From the IMG/VR virus record IMGVR_UViG_3300012921_000050, positions 1 to 52,651 of that record: a stretch of 52,651 nt of DNA. One strand, written 5' to 3'. Each line of letters starts with the position of its first letter. Position 1 is the first letter of the stretch. The notes under the pieces are model-generated. The model had not been told where the DNA came from and ran no database searches. It saw only the letters and a program-made list of their open reading frames with translations. Source of the DNA: a virus (lineage: Duplodnaviria > Caudoviricetes). Below are positions 43,886 to 52,093 of this stretch, in pieces. A program made the position numbers and the translations under genes.

Positions 43886-44953
43886 ATGCTGGATTTCGTG
43901 CTGGGCCTGCTGCCCGGCGGCGGGCTGCTGTCTGCCGTCTTCAACCTGGCCGGCGGCTGGGATTCGGTGATCGGTCTGGCCTGCCCGCCGCTGGCAGCGG
44001 CCAGCTTCTTCTTCCGCAAGTGGAAGTGGCTGCTGCTCGGTCTCGCCGTCGCGGCGGCGGTCATCGCGGTGGTGATCCGGTTTGCGGCCCTGTCGGTGGA
44101 GATCGCGCATCTCGAGCGCGACCTGGCCGAGGAGAAGCGCGTCTCGCAGCGGCATGCCGACAACTTCGCCGACTGTCAGGCGGCAAACGATAGCCATGTG
44201 GCGCTGCTGGACCGCATTGAGCGCCGTGCGTCCGAGGACATGGCCGCGGTCACGAGCACGTTCGAGCGGAAACTGGAGCTGGAGAGGCGCCTGACGCGCG
44301 CCCGGAAGGAGATTCGCGATGGCGAGAAAACCTGTGTGGGCTCTGCTGGGCCTTATCGCGCTGCTCTCGACAGCCTGCGCCGCGACCGCGCCGGAGCCGC
44401 CGCCGAAGGTCGTGACGAAAATTCAGGAGGTGAGGGACGTGCCGCCGGCAGCCCTGTTGACCTGCAAAGACGAACCTCCCATGCCCCCCGACTCGTCCGA
44501 CGACGTGGCCAGCGCGGATTGGTTCTACGCCGCAATCGCGGCGGCCGAGGATTGCCGCAAGGCGCTGGGCGTCTTGCGGCGGCGCTTCTCGCAACCCTGA
44601 TCGGGCTGACGCTGCCGGCCGCCGCCGATCCGCCGGCCGGCGCGGATTCCGCGCTGGGGCCGTGGTTCAGGAGCCTGAAGATCCCGGGCAGCGAGACGTC
44701 GTGCTGCGACCTGTCGGATTGCCGGACCGTGGCGTACCGGGTGGTGGTCGAGCGGGACGAGAACGATTTCGTGATCGCCGGCCATATCGAGGTGCTGATC
44801 ACGCCGGAAAGCTTCCCGGTGGAGGCGCCGCTCTGGGAGCGGGTGCCCCCGGAGCGCGTGCTGACCCGCCACGACAACCCCACCGGCAAGGCGGTGGCCT
44901 GCTGGACGCCATGGCAGAAAATCATCTGCTTCGTGCGGCCGATCGAGACCTAG
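43886..44953 (+). CDS. Rz-like i-spanin, in frame with a C-terminal Cys-rich secreted-type domain (possibly a separate gene from about 44552)
   Basis: TM + coiled coil; then a signal-like stretch and WF.SL..PG...SCCDLSDCR...CW......CFV.P. Confidence 0.7.
   Translation: MLDFVLGLLPGGGLLSAVFNLAGGWDSVIGLACPPLAAASFFFRKWKWLLLGLAVAAAVIAVVIRFAALSVEIAHLERDLAEEKRVSQRHADNFADCQAANDSHVALLDRIERRASEDMAAVTSTFERKLELERRLTRARKEIRDGEKTCVGSAGPYRAALDSLRRDRAGAAAEGRDENSGGEGRAAGSPVDLQRRTSHAPRLVRRRGQRGLVLRRNRGGRGLPQGAGRLAAALLATLIGLTLPAAADPPAGADSALGPWFRSLKIPGSETSCCDLSDCRTVAYRVVVERDENDFVIAGHIEVLITPESFPVEAPLWERVPPERVLTRHDNPTGKAVACWTPWQKIICFVRPIET
44319..44600 (+). CDS. Rz1-like o-spanin lipoprotein embedded in Rz
   Basis: AAGGAG RBS; lipobox LSTA-C; Pro-rich; PP.ALLTC..EP. 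Confidence 0.85.
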   Translation: MARKPVWALLGLIALLSTACAATAPEPPPKVVTKIQEVRDVPPAALLTCKDEPPMPPDSSDDVASADWFYAAIAAAEDCRKALGVLRRRFSQP

Positions 44954-45056
44954 GCGAAGTCGCGCCAGCGATTTGCGCTATTCGGGATTCACGCGCGGAC
45001 ATGTCCGGCCGCGCGCTGGGTTGGCTAGTACCAGGACTTTCACAAGGAGAACGACG

Positions 45057-45305
45057 ATGCCGGTGATGCGCGCGAAGATGAAGATCAATCGCATCGATAA
45101 GCAGTACGAGGGTCAGGAGACCCTCCACCTCAGTGCCGTGGCGCGTTCGGACCGCTATCCCGACGATGGCTCCGACGAGAACAACACCTACGCCAAGTTC
45201 TCGCCGTCCGGAGCGCTCTCGCTGACCGTGGCCAACCCGGCTCTGCTGGGCAAGTTCAGCGAAGGCGAAGAGTACTACCTCGATTTCACCAAGGCCGGGA
45301 GCTGA
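45057..45305 (+). CDS. Small conserved phage protein
   Basis: AAGGAG RBS; RAK...L.AV...EN..YAK.SPSG...L.V.NP.....F..G.EYY.DF. Confidence 0.8.
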   Translation: MPVMRAKMKINRIDKQYEGQETLHLSAVARSDRYPDDGSDENNTYAKFSPSGALSLTVANPALLGKFSEGEEYYLDFTKAGS

Positions 45306-45354
45306 TCGGCGCCGAACCCTAAGCGGGGCGCTCAAGCCCCGCTCGTGTCCAACT

Positions 45355-45400
45355 GCCCCGCCGCGCCGGCTTCCACCGGTGCGGCGGGGCTCTTTCATTT
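45355..45400 (+). terminator. Rho-independent terminator
   Basis: 15-bp GC stem followed by TCTTTCATTT. Confidence 0.75.
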
Positions 45401-45402
45401 CC

Positions 45403-45843
45403 TCAGAGCCGTATCGAGAGTGTCGCGATCATGATCGTCGTGACGAAGGGCAGCACGACGTTTATGGCGAAGAGCAGGATGGCGATCGACACGACGCCCG
45501 CGACCACAATGAACCTAAGTCGCCGAATGTTCTCGTCGGCCGACGGCCAGCGTTCGACCAGTGCGGCGATGACATGCTCCTGCGTGGTCGTCATGGCCCG
45601 CCATATCTCCGCGGCCACGGCGACCAGCCAGAGCAGCAGCAGGATCATGGCGGCGACGGCGATCTTGATGTCCTGGGTCTTCATGTAGGCCGCCTGCAGC
45701 ACGCCGATCGCCAGCAGCCACGCAAGCGCCTTGAAGACGCGGTCCGAAAAGTTCCACGCGTGTGCCTTGCAGAAGCGCAGGGCCGAGACCCCGGCGGCAA
45801 ACATCCGGTCCTCGAGGTCGTCCCAATCTTTTTCGCCTTTCAA
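45403..45843 (-). CDS. Membrane protein (moron)
   Basis: Three hydrophobic helices; GGAGG RBS. Confidence 0.7.
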   Translation of the reverse strand: MKGEKDWDDLEDRMFAAGVSALRFCKAHAWNFSDRVFKALAWLLAIGVLQAAYMKTQDIKIAVAAMILLLLWLVAVAAEIWRAMTTTQEHVIAALVERWPSADENIRRLRFIVVAGVVSIAILLFAINVVLPFVTTIMIATLSIRL

Positions 45844-45994
45844 GGATTCCTCCGCTGGCTGAAACGGCGGGGGTCGAGCTGCGTCAACAGCTCGAACCGC
45901 GGCATGGCACGCCGCACGTCTGGCCTCGGCCGCTGGCCAGGCCGTCCCGCCACCGGGTCGACCGGCGGCGCGAACCTAACGGGACTCTCTCTCC

Positions 45995-46849
45995 GTGCCA
46001 AACCCTCCCCATGAGCCTACGCCCGTACACCTCGAGTCCGTCACCCCGCTGTCGCCGCCGCTGCCCTGGCAGGGCGGCAAGCGCCATCTGGCCGAGCGCC
46101 TGGTGACGCGCATCGAACAGATCCCGCACGACATCTATGCCGAGGTGTTCTTCGGCATGGGCGGCGTGTTCTTCCGCCGCCGCCGCCGGCCGCGTCTCGA
46201 GGTGATCAACGACCTCAGCCGCGACGTGTCGACCTTCTTCCGGGTGCTGCAGCGCCATCCGGACTGGCTGCTCGGCCAGCTCGCCTGGAGCTTGGCCAGC
46301 CGGACGGAGTTCGACCGCCTGCGCGCCATCGACCCGGCCCACCTGACGGACGTCGAGCGCTCGGCGCGGTTCTACGTACTGCAGCGGCAGGCCTATTCGG
46401 GCAAGGTCCACGGCCGGACGTTCGGGGTGACCACCGAAAGCCGTTACGACATCCAGCGCCAGCGCCGGCTCCTCGAGGCCGTCCACGGGCGGCTGGCCGC
46501 CACGGTCATCGAATGCCTGCCGTGGCACGAGCTGCTGGCGCGCTACGACCGGCCGGGGGCGCTGTTCTATCTCGACCCGCCCTATTGGGGCGGCGAGGAC
46601 GATTACGGTCCCGGGCTCTTCGGCCGCGGCGATTTCCAGCGGATGGCCGAGCAGCTGCGCGGGCTCAAGGGCCGCTTCATCCTCAGCCTCAACGACCGGC
46701 CGGAGGTGCGGCGGATGTTTGAGGGCTTCGCGCTCGAGGCGGTGACCACGACCTATACGGTGGGCTCCGTCGACCGCGGCGCCGACCAGGCGGAGCTGAT
46801 CATCAGCGACGGCAAGGGCGGGGAGGTCGGGCAGATGAAGCTTTGGTGA
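45995..46849 (+). CDS. DNA adenine methyltransferase (D12/Dam family)
   Basis: W.GGK..LA, Y.E.F.G.G.VF, EVINDL, FYLDPPY. Confidence 0.93.
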   Translation: MPNPPHEPTPVHLESVTPLSPPLPWQGGKRHLAERLVTRIEQIPHDIYAEVFFGMGGVFFRRRRRPRLEVINDLSRDVSTFFRVLQRHPDWLLGQLAWSLASRTEFDRLRAIDPAHLTDVERSARFYVLQRQAYSGKVHGRTFGVTTESRYDIQRQRRLLEAVHGRLAATVIECLPWHELLARYDRPGALFYLDPPYWGGEDDYGPGLFGRGDFQRMAEQLRGLKGRFILSLNDRPEVRRMFEGFALEAVTTTYTVGSVDRGADQAELIISDGKGGEVGQMKLW

Positions 46850-46885
46850 CTTCTTCTATAGACCAATGCCGGGGCCGCGGCCATT

Positions 46886-47650
46886 ATGGCGCTAGGGGAG
46901 GCCATGCCAGAATACAAGCGACCACCGATCACAGAGGCCGTGATCGAAGTGCGTTTCGAGAAGAAGCTCGACCGATCGCTCGTGGACAAGGCGTTCGCCA
47001 AGCTTAAGGGGGACTATCCGTTCACTGAACATATCAATGTGACGGATGTTGAGTTCAATCAGCAAGGCGCCATGCTCAGCGCCACGCTCATTCCGAGTGT
47101 CCTAGGGCATAAATACTCCAGCCTAGACCGCACGGACGTTCTGCAGATCACGACGAACTTTGTGTCTTCCTCTCGGATGCCGCCATACTCGGGCTGGGAA
47201 AGCTTCTTCGGCAGGGCTCAGGAGAATTGGACAACCTGGAAGCGGATCGGGGGCTACCACAAGGTAAAACGTATCGGGGTGAGGTTTATCAACCGGTTGG
47301 ATATCCCCGCCACCCCGGGGGGTGAAGGCATCCGGGTCGAAGACTACTTAAGGGTGTTTACCCATTGTCCGGACACGGTTTTTGAATCCACCAGGGCTTT
47401 CACACTCCAAATGCAAGGGGCGCTGGGCTCGCCGAATGACGGGTTTGGTCTGACCATCAATTCATCACTTGTACCGTCACCGCTTGTTAACCATGTGTCT
47501 GTAGTATTTGACATAGACATTTGGACAAGCGACAAGATTCCGCAATCGGACGAAGAGCTCTGGGAGCGGATCGGGCAGATCAGAGCTCACAAGAATCGCG
47601 TTTTCGAGGCGAGCGTCACTGACAAAGCCCGGGATCTGTTCGATACATGA
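46886..47650 (+). CDS. TIGR04255-like protein (start probably ATG 46904)
   Basis: YKRPPITEAVIEVRF, Y.GWE.F, RIGVRFINR, FDID, KN..FE...T..AR.LF. Confidence 0.8.
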   Translation: MALGEAMPEYKRPPITEAVIEVRFEKKLDRSLVDKAFAKLKGDYPFTEHINVTDVEFNQQGAMLSATLIPSVLGHKYSSLDRTDVLQITTNFVSSSRMPPYSGWESFFGRAQENWTTWKRIGGYHKVKRIGVRFINRLDIPATPGGEGIRVEDYLRVFTHCPDTVFESTRAFTLQMQGALGSPNDGFGLTINSSLVPSPLVNHVSVVFDIDIWTSDKIPQSDEELWERIGQIRAHKNRVFEASVTDKARDLFDT

Positions 47651-48294
47651 GCCTAATTCTGGCAGAGAGAAGCAAAGGCGCCGGCGTCGGTCCTTCCGGC
47701 CAATGGTTGCCGCCTGCTGCGCCATCAGCGGGAGCAGGAGTGGTTGCGGACGCAATCACCCAATCCCTGAAGGTCATCGCTCTGGGCCAACGCTCGCCGA
47801 CCAACGGAAGGGCGCTCCACATCGATCCGGTTCAGGCGAAGTCCACAGCGGAGCGGCTTTACGATTCTCTGGCTGAAGCTAAGCAGCTGACGGCCCAGGT
47901 CGCGATGCACCTCGACTCGGATTTGCGGCGTCGGCTGTTCGCTCAACTCGATGATCTGCTCAATCTTGATGATTGGCATGACGACGATACTCCACTCACC
48001 GGCAGCTCGTTTTCGACTTTTCTAAGGATGATTCTGTTCGTAAATCCTGATCGCCGACCGGGTCTCGGACTGTCCAATCATGGGAACTTGGTTGCAGCTT
48101 GGACTGTAGGTGGCGACAGGCTGACCATTGAGTGTCTGCCGAAGGATACGGTTCGGTGGAGTCTGTCCTGTGAAATTGACGGTGACCGGGAGCGCGCTGC
48201 AGGAGAGACACAGGTCGTGCGCTTGCCCGATGTGCTGAATTCGTTCAAGCCCCAGCGGTGGTTTGCACGTGGCAGTCACTCCGCTGCCATCTGA
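47647..48294 (+). CDS. Hypothetical protein, middle gene of the low-GC cassette
   Basis: ATGA coupling; L...DDW......P....SF.TFL and P.LGL...G...A.W...GDRL.IE.L. Confidence 0.75.
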   Translation: MSLILAERSKGAGVGPSGQWLPPAAPSAGAGVVADAITQSLKVIALGQRSPTNGRALHIDPVQAKSTAERLYDSLAEAKQLTAQVAMHLDSDLRRRLFAQLDDLLNLDDWHDDDTPLTGSSFSTFLRMILFVNPDRRPGLGLSNHGNLVAAWTVGGDRLTIECLPKDTVRWSLSCEIDGDRERAAGETQVVRLPDVLNSFKPQRWFARGSHSAAI

Positions 48295-48721
48295 TCATCA
48301 CGTTGTTCGGTATGTTCGAAAGCGACTTCTCCGCCGAACAGAAGATGGCGTTGTAGTAGGAGTCCTGCCGCAAGCCTTCGAGCACCGTGCTGAGGAGGTA
48401 TTCCTCTCGGTTACGTGGCTTGAGCACTTTTCCTCTGAGTATGAAGAAGGGCTAGCGGGCTCAGCTGCAGCAATCGGTCGACAATTGCTTGTGAAGCCGA
48501 AAGATGGTTTTACAGTCGGCTGTGTCCAGGCGATCAGCGACATCTGTCTGCGAATGTCCGCGGCTATTCGCGTTCTGCATGAGCCGCGTGATTTGAACCT
48601 GGGACACAGTGCCATTCGGCAATTGCCTCGAGACAACCTGGACTTGCTTGTGCTCCTCGCCGATGAGGCTTTCATCGACACCCGTCGATCAGATTCGTTG
48701 CCGCCAGCGGCGGCAGGGTGA
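48263..48721 (+). CDS. Putative ADP-ribosyltransferase/RES-like toxin
   Basis: VVRY...AF.....E..LSV.W ... HEP....GHS.I arrangement, reminiscent of ART-fold proteins (inference). Confidence 0.5.
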   Translation: MHVAVTPLPSDHHVVRYVRKRLLRRTEDGVVVGVLPQAFEHRAEEVFLSVTWLEHFSSEYEEGLAGSAAAIGRQLLVKPKDGFTVGCVQAISDICLRMSAAIRVLHEPRDLNLGHSAIRQLPRDNLDLLVLLADEAFIDTRRSDSLPPAAAG

Positions 48722-48751
48722 TGGCGCGGTCATAGCCATAGAGTTGCCTGC

Positions 48752-49675
48752 ATGTGCTATTCCGCGATGGTCAACGCCGACGCCAAGACGCTGGGCCGCC
48801 GGTTCGGCGCGATGCTCGAGACGGACGACATGGTCGCCCTCTACACGCGTCGGCTGGCCGATGCCTCGATCAAGATACTGAAGGCGTGGGACGCGAATTT
48901 CGAGCAACCGTCATCGCCGGCCGAGGGCACCATCCAGCACCTGATCCGCGACTACCGTACGCAGCAGGCCACGGCGTTCGAGCAGAAGCTGTTCAAGCAG
49001 AAGAAGCGCCTGGCCGATGCCGAACGGAAGCTGGCGGCCAAGCAGACGAAGGTGGCGCAGGAGAGCCGGCGAATCGCCAGCGGCAAGATCGAGCAGCTGA
49101 CCGGCCGCCTCAACGATCTAAAGCGCAGCGAGCTGAAGCCGCGCGACAGCCGCATCTTCCCGTTTGGCTACGCGCCGATCATCCTCGAGGAAGGCGGCCG
49201 CCGCATCCTGACGCTGGCGCGCTACCATTGCCGGCAGCAGGGCAAGCCGGCGGCGATCGACAGGGAGCGCGACGGACTCTACAACGCCCGCCGCGACAAC
49301 ATCGACCGGTTCTGGCGCAAGGAGTTCGGCCAGACCCACGCGCTGTGGGTGGTCAGCAGCTTCTTCGAGAACGTCCAGCGCGACGGAAAGAACGCCGTGC
49401 TGCGCTTCGACCCGACGCCCGCGCAGGACATGCTGATTGCCTGCGTCTACTCGCGCTGGACCGGACCGGCAGGCGAGACACTACTCTCCTTCGCCGCGAT
49501 CACCGACGAGCCGCCTGCCGAGGTAGCCGCCGCCGGCCACGACCGGGTGATCGTCAATCTCAAGGAGGAGAACGTGGAGTCCTGGCTCCGACCACAGGGG
49601 CGGGGCGATGCCGAGCTGCAGGCCATCCTCGGCGATCCGCAGCGGCCATACTACGAGCACGCCCTGGCGGCGTGA
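48752..49675 (+). CDS. SOS response-associated peptidase (SRAP/HMCES-like)
   Basis: N-terminal MCY, YNARRD, FFE, SFAAITDEP..EVAAAGHDR. Confidence 0.9.
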   Translation: MCYSAMVNADAKTLGRRFGAMLETDDMVALYTRRLADASIKILKAWDANFEQPSSPAEGTIQHLIRDYRTQQATAFEQKLFKQKKRLADAERKLAAKQTKVAQESRRIASGKIEQLTGRLNDLKRSELKPRDSRIFPFGYAPIILEEGGRRILTLARYHCRQQGKPAAIDRERDGLYNARRDNIDRFWRKEFGQTHALWVVSSFFENVQRDGKNAVLRFDPTPAQDMLIACVYSRWTGPAGETLLSFAAITDEPPAEVAAAGHDRVIVNLKEENVESWLRPQGRGDAELQAILGDPQRPYYEHALAA

Positions 49676-49682
49676 CGCTAGC

Positions 49683-49889
49683 TCAGCGGACTGGTCGCCG
49701 GGGGCGCTGCTCGAGATGGGCGACCTGGCGAGCGCCAAGCCAGATATCGACGCCCGACAGAACGGGTTCTGCCGCCAGCAACTCCCAACCATGCCCCTGC
49801 GCGTGCGCATCGTTGTCGCAATCGACATTTCTGCCGGGCTCGCTGATCTGGTTCTGAGAGTCGAGTTTGTAAAAGCGATAGAGCGCCAT
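49683..49889 (-). CDS. Small hypothetical protein
   Basis: GAGGA RBS; Y..Y.LD....I......C..D..A.....VDIW.G.R.V. Confidence 0.6.
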   Translation of the reverse strand: MALYRFYKLDSQNQISEPGRNVDCDNDAHAQGHGWELLAAEPVLSGVDIWLGARQVAHLEQRPRRPVR

Positions 49890-49928
49890 GCCTTCCTCAG
49901 ATTGACGCTGGTTACACCAGTACAGAGC

Positions 49929-50243
49929 TCAACCCGGTGATCTGCGCTTGAAAGCCAGACGCAGGGTGCCCGGCAGTGACGTGGACGCGAGCGTCGTGCG
50001 CACGATCTGGGTTCCGATCAGCATCTCTCCGTTCGGGGTCAACCCCATGTTGATCAGGGCGGCCTGATCGCCGGAAACACGGACGTGAATGGCGGGATAG
50101 CGGTCCAGAAGAACGGCTAGACAGCGGGTGAACATGATCCGGCGGCTCCCGAACTCACCGAAGTCCGCGGGCAGGACTTCGTGATGGGACTCGGCGCCGG
50201 TCGCCAAGGTTTCCGCGATCATCTTGTCGAACCGTTCCGGCAT
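49929..50243 (-). CDS. Hypothetical protein
   Basis: GGGGAG RBS before MPERF. Confidence 0.45.
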   Translation of the reverse strand: MPERFDKMIAETLATGAESHHEVLPADFGEFGSRRIMFTRCLAVLLDRYPAIHVRVSGDQAALINMGLTPNGEMLIGTQIVRTTLASTSLPGTLRLAFKRRSPG

Positions 50244-50361
50244 GCGCTCTCCCCTGCGCAGGATGATCCTGACGACGGTTGAAAGCAACCAGCTCGGCCG
50301 TGGGAAACGGAACCTCTGGCGATTCGGGACGCTGAATCCCTGTAAACGCGGAGGTTAAGCC

Positions 50362-50550
50362 ATGGCCGACAACCCCAAGGAACGGGGCCCGCAGGACCGG
50401 GCCCGGGTCAACATGGAGCAGGATTACGAGGTCCGCTGGTGGTCGAAGAAGTTCGGCGTCACCCCGGACAAGCTGCGCGCCGCTGTCGACGAGGTCGGCA
50501 GCTCGTCGGCCGCCGTGGCGCGCCAGCTTGGCAAGGGCGACCCGCTCTAG
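50362..50550 (+). CDS. DUF3606 family protein
   Basis: MAD....RGPQDR.RVN..QDYEVRWW..KFGV....LR.AV..VG; GGAGG RBS. Confidence 0.88.
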   Translation: MADNPKERGPQDRARVNMEQDYEVRWWSKKFGVTPDKLRAAVDEVGSSSAAVARQLGKGDPL

Positions 50551-50726
50551 TCTTGGCGGGTGCGGTCCTCGATCGGCAGGCCGTGGACGTGCTCTGCGGC
50601 CTGGCCGAGGTCGCGCATGTCGAAATCCTCGCCGCAGATCGGGCAGCGCATGAAGTGCTCGGCCTCAGACGCGACGGGTTCGTGCGGGACCCCGATATAT
50701 CTTCCCTTGGGTGTAGCCCGGCGCAT
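50547..50726 (-). CDS. Small zinc-finger-like protein
   Basis: EAEHFMRCPICGEDFDMRDLGQ..EH. Confidence 0.55.
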   Translation of the reverse strand: MRRATPKGRYIGVPHEPVASEAEHFMRCPICGEDFDMRDLGQAAEHVHGLPIEDRTRQD

Positions 50727-51002
50727 AGTGACGGCCTTCGAGATCGTGGCGGAATTCGTCGAGCTGGACGATGGCCCGGCGCAGGAAGCGGGCTTTTTCA
50801 CCCTTCAGTCCCGGGTGGGAGCGCTGGTAGGCGTCGATCGCCCTCCGGACCTGAGCCAGGCGGCCGAGGGCATTCATCCGGCTGAGGTCGTCGTAGACCA
50901 GCGGCTTGCACCGGGCGATGTCGTCCAGGAGCCGCTCGTAGTCGGTGTCGGCGCTGCCCACGTGAGGGGAACGCGGCTACGCCCGGAGTCGTTCCGACTC
51001 CC

Positions 51003-51290
51003 GTGCCTCCCGCCGAACGCGTCAAGCCGCTTTGCTACGTCAACATCTGGAAGGCCCGCGACGGTTCCTTCGAGGCCGACGCGTTCTCCATCCCCGACCA
51101 GGCACTTGAGGAGATCGGCGCGGGTTATCCGAACGTGACCTATGTCGGCACGGCCACGCTGCCCGCGCACGGCACCGAGGCGAAGTTCGAGGACTGGCGC
51201 GACGAGGCCCACCGCGTGGCGCAGGAAGCTGCCGACGAGTGGTTCGCCTATCTCGGGCTGAAGTTTCCGCGGCGGGGAACGGTGGACTAG
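51003..51290 (+). CDS. Hypothetical protein
   Basis: ORF with plausible composition; start uncertain. Confidence 0.4.
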   Translation: MPPAERVKPLCYVNIWKARDGSFEADAFSIPDQALEEIGAGYPNVTYVGTATLPAHGTEAKFEDWRDEAHRVAQEAADEWFAYLGLKFPRRGTVD

Positions 51291-51472
51291 CCTGTCGGCG
51301 GCGCCAGCGTGGCGACGGCCGCCCGGATCGCCTTCCAGCGCGCCATCCCGTCGAGGTCGCCGTAGCGGATGGCGGCATCGATCTGGGTGTCGCAGATACG
51401 CATTGCCCGCTCGACGCCGTGGTTGCCGAACAGGGCGCTGGCGGCGCGCGTGATGTCCTCGGCGTCCGTCAC
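51287..51472 (-). CDS. Small hypothetical protein
   Basis: A..L...HG..RA........A...GD..G...W..I..AV..L. Confidence 0.55.
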   Translation of the reverse strand: MTDAEDITRAASALFGNHGVERAMRICDTQIDAAIRYGDLDGMARWKAIRAAVATLAPPTG

Positions 51473-51535
51473 TTCTTCTTCGGCGTGAGCCGGCCAGTGT
51501 TCGTATCGAGCACGGCGACCGGCATCGTGCGGGGC

Positions 51536-51940
51536 TTAACGGTCACCCGTCGCGGGTTCTTCAGTGGCTCGGGCATGAGGCATCCTAGCGGCTTCCGCGG
51601 CCCGGCGCTCGCCGGGCGAGGGGCCCTTGCAGCCGCCGGCCTGCCAGCGGGCGAAGTCATTCCCCATCTTGTCGTACTCGCTGCCGTCCATCTCGGTCCT
51701 GTGGATGTCCACCGACCGGAACGGCCGGCCGGCGGCAAAGCATTTCATGCAGACCAGGCGCTTCGCCAGATCGTTGAGGCTGGTGTGGGTGGGGAAGCGT
51801 TTGGCCAGCGACGTGGCATCCAGCGGGGCGGTGTGCCCGCAGCGGTCGCACCGGCCGTGCATGAGGAACCGCTCGTCCACGGCGTGCTCGAGGAGGGCCA
51901 TCCAGCGGGCGATCACCTCGGCGGTAGGGAAAGCGACCAT
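51536..51940 (-). CDS. Zinc-ribbon protein
   Basis: CDRCGH...L.....LA.R.......L..L..RLVCMKC. Confidence 0.65.
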   Translation of the reverse strand: MVAFPTAEVIARWMALLEHAVDERFLMHGRCDRCGHTAPLDATSLAKRFPTHTSLNDLAKRLVCMKCFAAGRPFRSVDIHRTEMDGSEYDKMGNDFARWQAGGCKGPSPGERRAAEAARMPHARATEEPATGDR

Positions 51941-51972
51941 CCGGGGAGGGTAAGGGCCAGCGGCGCCCCGTG

Positions 51973-51987
51973 GCGAACGCCGTTCGC
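51973..51987. promoter_or_regulatory. 15-bp palindrome copy 11
   Basis: 1 bp from the attR arm-type repeats. Confidence 0.8.
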
Positions 51988-51988
51988 C

Positions 51989-52011
51989 GTTTGTGACTCC
52001 GTTTGTGAGTC
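51989..52011 (+). repeat. Putative integrase arm-type sites (GTTTGTGA(C/G)TC x2)
   Basis: Same motif as 24-47. Confidence 0.7.
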
Positions 52012-52093
52012 GGCGGGAAATATGGGGGTGCAGCGGGTGCTTTCCCGGGAGCGGTATGTCGTCAGATCAAGGGCTTGGCTGCCGACCTCCGCC

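Noticed and set aside
50665-50961. 98-aa minus-strand ORF
   Set aside because: It overlaps the 50547-50726 gene and has an uncertain start. It may be real but cannot be supported from sequence alone.
5520-51987. 15-bp palindrome as a LexA (SOS) box or as the CI operator
   Set aside because: Gram-positive SOS boxes are CGAAC-N4-GTTCG and alphaproteobacterial ones GTTC-N7-GTTC. This motif has an invariant N3 spacer. Separate CI-type operators are already evident at OL/OR.
5520-51987. Dispersed repeats as a CRISPR array
   Set aside because: The copies are kilobases apart and only 15 bp long, with no spacer periodicity and no cas genes.
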